Part shown: piece by piece, positions 1-13,467 of the stretch
Layout: every line of letters begins with the position of its first letter
Position numbering within the stretch: the first letter of the stretch is position 1
From: Epiperipatus broadwayi
Taxonomy: Eukaryota; Animalia; Onychophora
Length of the DNA: 64,000 bases
Direction: 5' to 3'
NCBI GenBank assembly: GCA_028023455.1
Contig: JAQFVV010000010.1
Location: forward strand, 16,616,001 to 16,680,000
Position numbers and translations under genes: made by a program
Notes under the pieces: model-generated
Databases searched by the model: none
Told to the model about the DNA's origin: nothing
The model's input: the letters and a program-made list of their open reading frames with translations, nothing else

Positions 1-999
1 TAGTGAGAAAAAAATCACTTTAATGAATTCACACAAATGTTGATATCTAATGACTTAATTAATTACCATTACTTTACAATATTTGATATCATGGATATTT
101 GATATCATGAATCATCATCATCATTAGAAGTCACTCATAAATTAGTATGGCCATGGAATCAGAACAGTTGTGCTCAGAATTAAAGAATGAAAATATTCAC
201 AAACATATTCTGTCATAGTTAGCTCAGATGACCCAAAGCATAAGAAACTTGTAATAATCAGACCCTATACTAATTTAAATGATCAGAATCAGTGAAGTAA
301 AAAAAGTAGAGGAGAATAAGGAAAAGGAATGAACATCGAGAGAAAAAAAAAACTCGTATCAAAGATGGCATCTAGCATTTAATAAGTCAACACCATATCC
401 TACAAGATAGTAGATGAGACATTATTTGTTGTCTATTTGCAGGTAAGTGCCATTTTCAAATTCATTCCACTACAACTAATTGCAAATGGTGTTAGTAGTC
501 TTAATTTAGGACTAATTATAAATGACTGCAAATTATTGAAATTTTTTTATATTTTGAAACTGTTAATTGATAAAGTTCAGCTATGAAAACACATCAAAAG
601 AAAAATAATTTTTCTTATTAAATAAAAATTACCCAAATATATACATTTTAACAAAGATCTGAAAATGAACCAAAAAATTTTTAATGAAAGACAAAAATAG
701 GCTTGCTAAAGATTTAAAAAAACGGAAAGTAACTTTGACAGAAAATTGCAGATTTTAAGATTACATCAACATTATCAAGCAGTAAATAAAAAATATGTAT
801 TTCAAAAAATATTGACTGACATTTAATTTTATACACAACTATATAAAATATGAAATTATTCTGTTAGATGAGTGGTTAATTGGTTAAGTTTTGCAAATAA
901 AATTAAGAAATTCCCAAGAGAAGAAACATTTCAAAAATTTTTTAACAAAGCTTTTGAATTTATTGTAAATTGTATTTAATTTAATTTAATTTTGCCTTA

Positions 1000-1260
1000 A
1001 AATTCAATACTCAACAATCTAAGAGTCCAGGTTCGAATCCTATGCTAGTACTATCACTGGTCAGGCTAGCAACACCTGAAGAAAAGGGGATAATAATACC
1101 TCTTAAAATGTTGTTTGATGTGCTATTATTAACAGTTGAATGTATTTGAAATATTTAAATAAAGTTAATTTTTCTAAAGACATTCAATACGCCTGTTAAA
1201 TGATGGAAATAGTCCAATATAAAAATACAACTAGAATACCATCATCACAAACCTTCAGGA
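1000..1260 (+). repeat. Family B repeat (PLE terminal repeat) with Pol III B-box and decayed hammerhead
   Basis: GGTTCGAATCC at 1030-1040, then gcaacac-CTGAAGA (1076)-aaagggg-ataataata-cctctt-aaaatgttg. Homologous to 28655-29115, 35240-35520, 56385-56600, 58330-58690, 59560-59880, 60830-61000 and, partially, 62640-62820. Confidence 0.8.
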
Positions 1261-1299
1261 AAACATTTCAAAGATAAGTTTGAAGATAATACACATCCT

Positions 1300-3000
1300 G
1301 TTTATAATTTATTTTTATTTCAAATATTATATATCTTCTATCACTAATAACAGTTTTCTTTCATATTATCATTTATCAGTTCTTTAATATCATTAAAACT
1401 TCTGTAGACAGTCAACTTCTTTCAAATCATGCTGTAATCCATCTTAATTACTCAAAGGCATTCAATAAAGCATCTTTATTCATAAAACTTACTTGAAGTT
1501 TCCTGGCATGAAAAATTATATCTACAGTATTTCTTAATTTACCAAAACCATCTGGTAAATATTCGTATATGAGTAATAGCAATTTTTCCAATAAAATCCT
1601 TGAACGTATCTTTGTAGTAATGAGTAACAATGACATTTGATAATATTCACTGTAGTTTTTTTCCAACTTTTTCATTTTTATAAAAGGCAATAATGTAAAC
1701 ATCCTTCAGATGAGATCGTAAAAATTTATGGCATAAATTTTAGTAAAAAAAAATCCGATAGATTTGAAACTTTACACTACAACAATATTTCAAAACAACT
1801 TCAAGAATACTATCAGAACTAATCTGCAGTCTCTATATAGTAATGTATAGGAACAGTAGATAGTATTTCATTTTGCAGAACTACTTTGTTATCAATGATA
1901 ATTTAAAGGGGTATTTATTCTTGTACAGTATTTTCATCTTTGCTTTCTGCATTCTTATTCTTAATTATAGCTATTCAATATTGGTTAAGTGGACATCTAG
2001 TTATTCTTAGCTAGAGGATAAAATAAAAAGATATATATTAACATCATAACCTTCCAATAATTGTCAAATCTGGTGAATATCTTTTACTGTTCTTCTTTGC
2101 AGAGAAGAGGAAATGCTATAAGATGCTTATCCTCTTCAGTGAATTGTTTAAAGGCTGATTGTTTTTTATATGCATGCACACATAGGTAAGGATTAACACA
2201 TTAGTTTACCTAGAGCTAAATTTTAGAACTAATGGGTACCTAATCATTCATTGGCACTCTTTAATTTTTTTTTCACAGAAATTGTCTATTATGAATTATA
2301 CTTTAGGTAATCATCTATTTGTTTATTGTAAACACCTGTGATTGATTATGAGCTTTTTAATACTATATTATATCTCTGATGAAAAGCCATTTTGACAAAT
2401 CAAAATCTGTTAACATATTATACTGAACATTAAGTACTTAATAACCATTACAAGGCTGCTTTGTTCTAATATCATGTTTAATTCATTCGTGAATAATGTT
2501 CCTATTAATAGAATATAGTTCTCTTTATATACAATTAACTGCACTTATCCACAGTTATTTGAATGATGGTATATACTTGTTAAAGTTTATGAAGTGCTCT
2601 AAAATTGAGATACGAGAATGAATTATGTTAAAAGAGTGGTAAGACTATTTATTCAGAATGATATAATACTCCACAGAAAGAGAACATAAACAAATATGTG
2701 GCTATATTTTGCTAATTATTAACCAATATCTGCTTGACTTAATTTTTCATATACAATCTGGCAAATCATGTGACTGACATTTCTACAGAATAATCTCAGT
2801 GACATATTCTTTAGTACAATGTAATACATTCATTAATGTGATAATAGTGTTTATTCATCTCTCTGATAGATATCAATTTTTTTTCCCCATAATCAATCTT
2901 TCCAAGAATTTTAAACTTTTTAACAGATTAGATTACAACATGTATGACCAAAATAAAACAAAATCAATCTAATTATTTCTGCATAAATATTACCAAAATC
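1300..3000 (-). mobile_element. Degraded Penelope-like RT remnant
   Basis: YNKQIDDYL (~YxRYVDD) near 2300-2330, plus the PLE-linker-like ORF 1448-1702. Heavily decayed. Confidence 0.35.
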
Positions 3001-3036
3001 ATACTTTTCTTTATTTTGCTGTAATATCCTATAAAT

Positions 3037-3300
3037 ACAATTTATCCAAACCACTCCAAACACTTTTTAGCAAAACTCTTTATTTATACATATACATATA
3101 CCTATGTTTTGATTGACCTGCAATCTTCTTCAGAGCCAGTTTATTCGACTGACCTGCAGTCTTCTTCAGAGCCAGTTTATTTTAGACTAAAATAAACTGG
3201 CTCTGAAGAAGACTGCAGGTCAGTCGAAACATAGGTGTATGTATATATACAAATAAAGAGTTTGCTAAAAAGTGTTTGAAGTGGTTTGGATAAATTGTAT
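3037..3300. repeat. Long inverted repeat containing a hammerhead core
   Basis: The arms pair around ~3185. The plus arm has CTGAAGA (3203)-a-GACTG-caggt-CAGTC-GAAA (3226)-CATA. The left arm has two minus-strand copies, one truncated. Confidence 0.8.
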
Positions 3301-6160
3301 CTAATTATTTCTGCTTCAAGTGAGAATTCAACTCTAATCTGATTAAGTGTCCAATTGTTTATCTCCTTGTTGTCCAAAGTATTCTCAAAAATCTTGACTA
3401 ATACCATACTTCAAAAGCATCAATATTTTTTCTATTTCTAACGGACTAGATTTTTTTTAGTTTTAAGTCATTTGTAATGATATCATGAATTTTTAAGTCT
3501 ACACTTACATACAATCCAAAGTTTTCATCAAAATATAAACATTAATGTCAGTATGAATTATGATTATAAAGATAAGATAATTTTACATGAGATATTAGTT
3601 TCTACATTACCTGGAGTATATCACTTACTGATAATATAATAATAATTTTTAACTTACTGGAATTTATTATAAAGTAAGAAGTCTATCTTTGTGTTTATAA
3701 ATTTATTTATATTTATAGTAAATTTAGTTCAAATTAAAATCTGATAATAATAATCAATCTATTTAACTTATTTAATTACTCTATTTAATAGCAGAGATTT
3801 GCAAATATTGATTATTGTTTGAATAAGTAAGTTTCTTCTTATCTTTTCTGCAAAATAATAGAGAGATAATGGATAGAGCTCTGAAGCATTTTCAGTATCA
3901 ATAAAATAGCTTTGATGTTTCATTATTAAAGTGATGGATGACATCACTCATATGTAAATATTTACAATAGTAGTTTTACATCATTTAGCATTTTTATTAA
4001 AAGTGATTGTTTAAATTATGATATTTACATTTTGCCCCTAAACAATATTTCTTGCTACAATTCAATCGCTGCTAAAGACATCTTTTCTTTTCTACAACTT
4101 AACTTTAGTAAATGTGTATAATTTTCTTAAGGAATTTATCTGTTATTACTTGTAATCAAGATCTGGAGACTGGTCACATGATCTGATAAATAGTATTTTC
4201 CTGCTTCTCTATATAACATTCAATGACAAACCTAATCTTCCTTTTAAAAATTTGATATCAATTACAATTTGGTAGAGATATCTAAAGATGGATGAGATGC
4301 ACATGGATTATTAGAAAGCGGGTGTCCTTTTAGTATCTAGGCTTTCAGCTGTATTTTGAACATTATCATTTTCTTGATACTCAGTTTCATTTGTACTAAA
4401 TTCTTACAATTAATGAGGGTATAGAGGATAGATAGCAAATCCACAATCCCTATTCAGTCACAATTTATAAATTTAGTTAAATTAAAAATAATTTTTAAGA
4501 TTAAATGTATGTTCTATAAAAAAATTTTATTATCATATATATATTATGGACTTTTATTGATATATTTACTAGGGGGGGGGGGCAAGCATTTATATATACA
4601 CATCTTGATTTTATTAATATTTTTGCATTTGTACATTTTTTTATGATTTTTAATGACCTTCTTTTTTTTTACTATTTTATTACGATATTGCATTCACATG
4701 TGTGTGTATATAGACCTATTTACGAAACAAATGGGAATACAGTACATTACTAAGATAATTCACAAGTATGATTTTCGAAGAACTATTAAACGAATTTGTA
4801 AATAATAATCTCCTTTTTTATTATATTAATAACAGCCTATTTTTTAGATAAAAGATAATAAGCCGTAGAATTATTTACATGCTCATTAAAATCGTTAGAA
4901 TAAATTGATAAATATATACACAAAACTATAATAAAAACTAGATAACTATATAGTAATATATAACAGTAACATTTAAAAAAGGTATAAAAATAAAAACAAT
5001 AAAACAAATAATAAAAAAGTCAATAAAAAACAACATAATTATTATTAACCTTACAAATATATATATAAACATTTATTTTTAGCGCTATTTCTAATTGTAA
5101 TAAATTTAATCAGCCATTTAAGCTATTGTGCGCTTTTTCATGAGTGTTAAATAATAATAAATGAGTACTTATTATTATTTAACACTCGTGAAAAAGCGCA
5201 CAATAGTTTAAATGGCTGATTAAATTTATATATATTGTAGTTAAAAATGAATTTATTTATTTATTTTATAATTTCAATCTTTTAAAAAACTTTTCTCAGG
5301 ACAGTGTAATTCAAAATAAATTCATACAAAATGTATATAAAGAAAACCTTGCTATGCATGCTTTCGACTATGAATATGAATATGACTACCATAGTCGAAA
5401 GCATACTTAGCATACTATGCTGTTAAAGTATTAAACCAAGCTTTTCTTTATAAACATTTTGCATAAATTTATTTTGAATCATTTATTTTATATACAAATT
5501 ATCATCATTCATAACAATCACATGATTATATCGACAAAACAAATATGTGTTTTTGTTTAAGATCGCGAAATATGTTAAATTCGTTTCTAAAGGTAAGACT
5601 GAAATTATCCCAAGCCTTAATATACTAATTATTTATTAAAAAATATTTTTAGCATTATAATATCATATTTTTAAGAGGCAATAAAATAGTGCTAGAAATT
5701 GTTCCAGGCTTATCATATTCTTTTAGAATTTGTCTTATTATTTTGCAGTCTTATTCAGATGATAGGTTATAGATGTAATCATATATGATATTAATTTAAG
5801 AACTTCTGATAAATACAAAACTATTAGCACACATTAACGTATTTAAAATATCTTATTTTCAACATTAATTTTAATATGTAGAAGAGATCAAAAAAGTATT
5901 GCGGTAAAAGCAGACATTAAAGTTAAAATAGCAACACTAAAGCAAGCTTTTGGCAACAACAACAACAAAATTACTTAAAAAAAAAAAAAATCAACCCACA
6001 TTTATATTTTATACACGAATTCTTATATACCTACAATGTAATCTTTTACTAAAATAAATTTATAATCTTACCTGACAGTAAAATATATTATCAAATTAGA
6101 TTTGCGAATACAATAAGTAGGAAAACTGTAAACGTACACGTATTTACATATTACAGACAC

Positions 6161-6271
6161 ATATATGATTTCTAGAGAGAAATTTTATGGTTACTAAATA
6201 TATGATTTCTAGAGAGAAATTTTATGGTTACTAAATATATGATTTCTAGAGAGAAATTTTATGGTTACTAA
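6161..6271. repeat. Tandem repeat, 3 x ~37 bp
   Basis: atatatgatttctagagagaaattttatggttactaa occurs three times. Confidence 0.95.
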
Positions 6272-6837
6272 AAATGCCTTTAAACAATAAATTAAAAAAA
6301 AAAATGGTATAAAAAAGACCATTCGCATCTCAAAAACAAGCACTTAATTTTTTTTTTTTTTAAATAAATGAATAAATAATCTAAAAATATTAATAATTAA
6401 ATGTTTAAAAATAAAGCAGTAATAAAAATTATAAAATATGCTTAAACAACAAACGATTAAATATTTCTCCTATTATTATGTAATTTGGAAGGGGGGAAAA
6501 GATTCTTAATTATTTTTAAAATTGTTCGACAAAATATTTGTTTTATACCAATTTCGTAGGTAGATCAAATTAATCATATACTAATTTCAATATATATATG
6601 AAGAATATCTAAACTTACACAGTTTCGTTTTTCTTTTCCCTCTTATCATTTATTTAACATGCAAATGACAGGTCTTTTCCGATTAGCCAAAAATATTTGC
6701 TACAAACGTTAGAAAAAGGCCTAAAGGAGGGATTATAAAATTGCTAATTTTTACTGATGTTGCATGCTACTTCTAGAATCGCTATGAGTTTGTTTCATAG
6801 CTTTTAAGAAATGTAAAATTATATTTTACACACCACT

Positions 6838-7404
<567 letters not shown>

Positions 7405-8057
7405 CTAAATAACAAACATTGCCAATTATTGTTCAATGCGTCCTCTACAATTCATCATTAGAAGCTTTTTTGCATCCGACTATATTTCCAGTTCAAAAAA
7501 TACGGCACATACAAAGTATACTTAAGCAATAAACAATTCAGCCTATAAATAAAAATAAATAATGACTTATATGTTTTGATTTATAAGTTATTTACTTGAA
7601 GCTATTATTTTAATGACAAATTGAATTCCAATTGTTTGGAATTAAATATATATATAATTATTTCAACTTCTTATTTATATACTTTTCTGCAGGAATTTAT
7701 ATTTTTTAATTTTGGTCAATATGATTCGCTATATGGCTCTACTTTTCGATATTTACATATAATAATCAACCAAGATGTGATCTCCTTATTAGCCAATTAG
7801 CATACATTCAACAGAGATAGTTTATTATATAATCAGAGTTAGTTCCTCAAAATTGTGTGAATATATATTTATGCATAGTAATATATATATATGAATAAAT
7901 AAATTATATTATTGATTTATTGATATTGGTAAATTTAATGCATAATATTTATTTCATTAGCAAGTAAAACTTACAATAGTTAATTTCCAAATTCAATTTT
8001 TAAAATTATTTTAAAGCAATATATATATGTTTACTGTATGTATATATTGAAATAATA

Positions 8058-8472
8058 AGTTTGAATATAAGATATCTATAAAAGACCCTATAAAAGACCA
8101 ACGCATGCCGATACATCTGTTTGTAATAACAATAATAATAAATCAACTTGAAAATTAAACGGACATAGCAAAATAGATACGTTTTTCTAAGCTGGAAGAG
8201 ATGCTTAAATATTTATATCAATACAAATAATTATAATTTTAAGTACTTATGAATAATGAGAAACTAAGTATAGTTTGAATATAAGATATCTATAAAGGCT
8301 AGCGCATGCCGGTACATCTGTTTGTAATAATAATAATAATAATAATAAAATCAACATTAAAATTAAACTATAGCAAAACAGATGTTTTTTTTAGGCAGGA
8401 AGAGACGCTTAATATTTTATCAATATTAATAATTGTAATTTTTAATTCCTAAGAATAAAGAGAAACTAAGTA
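8058..8472. repeat. Diverged tandem duplication, ~214-bp period
   Basis: agtttgaatataagatatctataaa...gagaaactaagta starts at 8058 and 8272. Confidence 0.85.
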
Positions 8473-9650
8473 TTCAATATATGAGAATAAAAGTTATTGA
8501 CAGTAAAGAGAGAAATCTTATACAAAATATATAATAAATTTTAAAATCTAAATATAATGCATACATTCTAAATTATCCATTTTAAAATAGAAACGATGAT
8601 TGTTTGTTATAAAATATGTGTGCATGCATTCACAAATAAGCAATAAAATTATATATAATTATATAATAAATTTATAATTAAAAATGTAATATTTGAATAC
8701 AAGTATAATTTATATACTTAAAGTTTAGATGGGTCAAAGTGACTTTAAATCAACATGGACATGACAATAATATTGGCATCAACAAGGATGTTGGATGTTC
8801 CATCATAAGATAAACCTAACACATTATATATGTCTGTGTGGATCTATTTTATTTCCTTATATAATTAAGATTTCAAATAAATGTATAAATTAAATCTAGA
8901 ATCAACCAACTACGGATTCTGAGTGGCTATAGAAAGTTTTATTGTTCGCTACGTCATCTAAACTATATTTGTTCAAATAAGTTGCATTGCTGAATAGAAG
9001 TCCTGGAAATGATCAGTTCATTAATCAAAATTGTTTTGCCAAATTTATTTGATTTAAAAGGCCAAATAAAATATCATGGAAATCTCCAGAGGATACCGGA
9101 AGTAAAATTATTTTATTGTAATCACATACTTATTATTACTACTAAAACACTCTGTCAAAAAACATATACAGGGGGCTCTGCATCTATGTCCAGTTGACAA
9201 AATAAAAGAATTGTAAGAAAATGGAAATTTTAGTAAAACCATCTAAAAAAAAACAACAATTAATACAGCTTTCTGCCATCTTTTGTTGTTGTTGTTTAAG
9301 GTTTATTTCTTTCTTTTGCTGACTCAGACATGTCTAGCTGGTCATTTGTCATGGGAATTATTATTGTCTGATTACAGAGAAGTATAACTCAAATAAAACA
9401 TTGTTTATATTTAGAATTGCTGTATACTGACTGGATTGATATATATCTTTATTAATATAAGTTGTGAGTCTACAGACTGGTCAGTATGGGCAGTGTTGAA
9501 GCACTTCAGAAATAATGATATGCAAAAAAGAAAATTAGTTTACTGCAAAAAGCAACAGGCTAATTTGCATATCAGTAAAGTCTAACCTATGCAAAGTGGA
9601 TAAAAATGCCTGCAGAACTTAAGATGGTTATTTGACAGTTCAATTAGTGA

Positions 9651-10173
9651 TGTTTAAAGAAGTAGTAATATGAAGAAAGACAGATTAGAAAAACTCTAAG
9701 TATAGAGTAAACCATTATTAGCAGTAAAGAAGAGCTCTAGTCATAATCTAATTAGACAATCATGAGATGTGAGTGAGCAGTAAAGTGCTTACAGAATTAC
9801 AATTGTAAAGAGCCGTTTATATATTAATTATCTACAGAGATATGAACCGTTATATTATCTAGATTGATCCAGAAAAACTCTAAGTATAGAGTAAACCATT
9901 ATTAGCAGTAAAGAAGAGCTCTAGTCATAATCTAATTAGACAATCGTGAGATGTGTGTGAGCAGTAAAGTGCTTACAGAACTACAATTGTAAAGAGCCGT
10001 TTATATATTAATTATCTACAGAGATATGAACTGTTACATTATCTAGATTGATCCTCGTTTCAACTAGCAATTAGCCAGTTGATTTACTAATCTTCTCTAT
10101 TAATATTATTGTTATTCAGAATAAATAAACCTTGAATTTATTATTAACTTTTTGTGTTTGTTTTCCTTAAACA
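9651..10173 (+). mobile_element. Possible solo LTR with an internal 184-bp tandem duplication
   Basis: Begins TGTTTAAAGAA and ends TTCCTTAAACA (imperfect terminal IR), with AATAAA ~50 bp before the end. 9687-9870 is repeated at 9871-10054. No clean TSD. Confidence 0.45.
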
Positions 10174-11389
10174 AATTATATATATTAAAAATAAAATTTT
10201 ATGCTTCCAAATTTATTTAACAATCATATTTGTCTTTATTTGATATATTCCATTTTATTAAAAATTTTGTTAATATTTTATAGTTTGAACTATATAAGTT
10301 GAGAAAGAATGATATTAGAGTTAGTTTTGCTAAAATTAAGTTATGATGTCAAGTTTATCAAAAGATTAAATAATCAAACGTTAAATATATCAATAAAATT
10401 CTTAACTGCAAAAATCCTCACAAGATGAAATATATGCATATATGCTTGCAATGTGATATGTTGATTGAAACTTTTATTAAAATATTTTTAATATTTAAAT
10501 TTATTTATTAAGAATGTAGGATCTATGTAATTAAAATAGCCACTCTTATCTTTATCAAGTCTCTACCTTGTGTTTGTTTTGGAAGTTTCTTCTGTACTTA
10601 ACATGACATTGTTAAGCTATTATATAAATTATTAAGGGGCATATGTGAAAAGGTGAAATCCTTTCTCTTTAAGACATTTTAAATAATATTATTTGATGAA
10701 TTATAGCAAACATAAATATATTGTAATAGGCAACAAGTAATACTGATAATTTCAAGATAAATATTTCTTCTAATCTTGACTCTATATCCAAATATAATAA
10801 TGAGGTGGTTATATTTTTCCAATAAACACAACATTAATTGAAATAAATAAATGCCATTACCTCAAATATATAATATTAAATCTTTGATAATCATCATCAT
10901 CATCATCATACCAAATAATCTGCAATAATAGCTTATTGGTAATCAAGTTTATTGTTACTTCATTTCACCTTCATAAAACATTGCATATAGCTTTCATTTA
11001 TTAAGACTCACACTTTTGATTATAATAATGAGTACAATTTCTTGCCTTGAGGTATATTCTAGATTTAAACTCTCTAAAATTTTATTAATTTTATTCTTTA
11101 TAGTTCTGAATTAGCTAATAAAAGCAAAGATTTAAACATAATGTCAAATAAATTATTTATGCTTTGTTATATTAACAAATATTATTGGATGGGAAAGCAA
11201 TATTCAAATAATAATAGGCTAAATTTAAAAACTCAACAACTTATTATAAACATATATTACAATTCAAATGGTGAATACATCAATTTACTATTCACTTTAA
11301 TATAATAAAATATTTTACATGACAAAATATTTTTATTCTCTGCCTCTAAACATGATATTATAATTTTAGAATGTCTTAATAGCCAACAA

Positions 11390-12170
11390 CCTTCAAGTAT
11401 CCACACTATCTCATACTACTGATACCCATAACCATGCACATGCACAAAAGATAAATAATCACCAATATACATATTTCATGCTGAACCAGCACTCATCAGT
11501 TGGTCTGGATTATCACCTCCCATATATATATAATCAGTGCTCAGTTTATATTAAGATAGCAAATCCTTATACTTTAATGGTCAGGCTTCAATCTACTCCA
11601 ATCTCCTACTCTTCAGCCATCCGTACCATTGAAAATCTGATGATAGAATGCCCAAATCCCATGCTGATGCCAATATTGCTGTCACGCCCATGTTGACTCA
11701 AGTCACTCTAACCCCTTATGTATAGGACAGTATCCATTTAAATACATAGAAGAGGGATGGACAGAATGGAGGCTTAATGTGTAAGATTTAAAATACAGGC
11801 ATTCATAAACCTGGAACTTAAATGTAAATATAGGGGATTTGAACTCAGACTTTCAAGCAGCCTTCAACTATCCACACTATCACATACTACTGATACCCAT
11901 GACCACACACATGTAGAAAAGATAAATAATCACCAATATACATACTGAAGTATAAGGATTTGCTATCTTAATATAAACTGAGCTCTGATTATATATGTAT
12001 GGGAGATGATAATCTGGACCAACTGATGATTGCTGGTTTAGCATGAAATACATATATTGTTGATTATTTATCTTTTCAGCATATATGTGCTTGAGTGTAT
12101 CAGTGTTATTAGATAGAGTGGAGAATGATGGGTCATCTGAAAGTCTGTGCTCATATACCCTATATTACAT
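11390..12170. repeat. Family A hammerhead repeat: one ~470-bp monomer, a partial tandem copy and an inverted copy
   Basis: ccacactatc recurs at 11401 and 11872 (period 471). Positions 11945-12170 are inverted. HHR cores are at 11493-11499 (minus) and 12023-12029 (plus). Confidence 0.85.
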
Positions 12171-12240
12171 ATATAGACACAGATATATAATAAGCCTGTG
12201 TTTCAGTTATTAGTCATTCATATTAAAAGTAAAGATAAAT

Positions 12241-12325
12241 CAGCTGCCTTGCAAGAAAGTAGTTGTTTGAATGCAGTTGTGGGTTCGCCTTCCGGCCGAT
12301 GCTATGACATATGAAAAAAAAAAAA
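12241..12325 (+). mobile_element. 5'-truncated tRNA-derived SINE copy
   Basis: cagctgccttgcaagaaagtag...gggttcgccttccggccgatgctatgacatatg(A)n matches the 3' two-thirds of the same family. Confidence 0.75.
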
Positions 12326-12479
12326 TCAATAAATAGTACAAATAAAAAAAATATTATTATTCTTTTTAAGACCTTTTCACAAAAGAATTACAATAAAATT
12401 TTTAATGGAATTGATCATTTTATATGTATATTCTTGATATATAAATACTTTGAATTAAATATTTCCATGGATTGTTGTT

Positions 12480-13172
12480 AAAACAGGCAAAACTCACTAT
12501 ACATATTACTACACACAGCAAGCTAGAGTAATCAATGGATGCCAGAAGACTTGTGCATAAAATCCCCATCTAGTGCCTTCTCATCCAATATCCCCAGACT
12601 AATTTCTGGCTTGTGGCCTTCATCAGAAAGGAGCATTGGATCTGAGAGCGTACCTAGATCTTAGGATCTAATGCAACTCTCCAGCAGCCATCTTTTATCT
12701 TCACTTAACTATAAAACTATGAGTCTTAAACTGAAAATAAGAAGAGGAGGTCATGTAATGCTTATTGGCTTAAAACCAATCCTGCCTAATAGGATAATGG
12801 TGGCCATGGTTATTAAAGAACCAAAGACACCAAAATGTATGGGTACTGAACCGGGTTCAGACCCATATGACTATATAAGCTAATGGTCTTGGATTGAAAA
12901 CCTTAAGGTGTTTTCAGTTTAAGACTCGTGGTTTTGTAGTTAAGTGGAGATAAAAGGTGGCTGCTGGAGGGTTGCATTAGATCCTAAGATCTAGGTGCAG
13001 TGCTCTCAGATACAAGGCTCCTCACTGACAAAGACCACAAGCCAGAAACTAGTCTGGGGATATTGTATGAGTAGGCACTAGATCGGGATTTTATGCACAA
13101 GCCTTCTGGCATCCATTGATTACTCTAGCTTGCTGTGTGTGGTAATACGTATAGTGAGTTTTGCCTGTTTTA
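12480..13172. repeat. Family C hammerhead repeat, inverted pair
   Basis: Arms 12480-12745 and 12905-13172 are reverse complements. HHR motifs at ~12591-12630 (minus) and ~13021-13060 (plus, CTGACAA decayed). Confidence 0.85.
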
Positions 13173-13352
13173 ACAACAGTTATACACAAGCATAAGAAGA
13201 AATGGTCATGTGATGTTTATTGGTCCATGGATTGTTATTATAATAAGGAATAAAAATGAAAAGATAACATCCATGTAAATAGAAATAACATTTAACTTTT
13301 GATGAGGCCAAACTAACACTTTCATTAAACCTATAGTAGCTCTTTTTTTTAG

Positions 13353-13467
13353 TTTTTTTTTTTCATATGTCATAGCATTGGCTGAGAGGCAAACCCACAA
13401 CTGTCTGCAACCAACTACTTGCTTGCAAGGCAGCTGCTATGACCTCTCAGCTAACAACACTTGACTG
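13353..13467 (-). mobile_element. Short tRNA-derived SINE copy
   Basis: Reverse complement of the 22421-22534 element with a poly-T run on the plus strand. Confidence 0.8.

Noticed and set aside
6161-6271. Short direct repeats as a CRISPR-like array
   Set aside because: The units are contiguous with no unique spacers and the context is eukaryotic. This is an ordinary minisatellite, and the same applies to 36741-37221.
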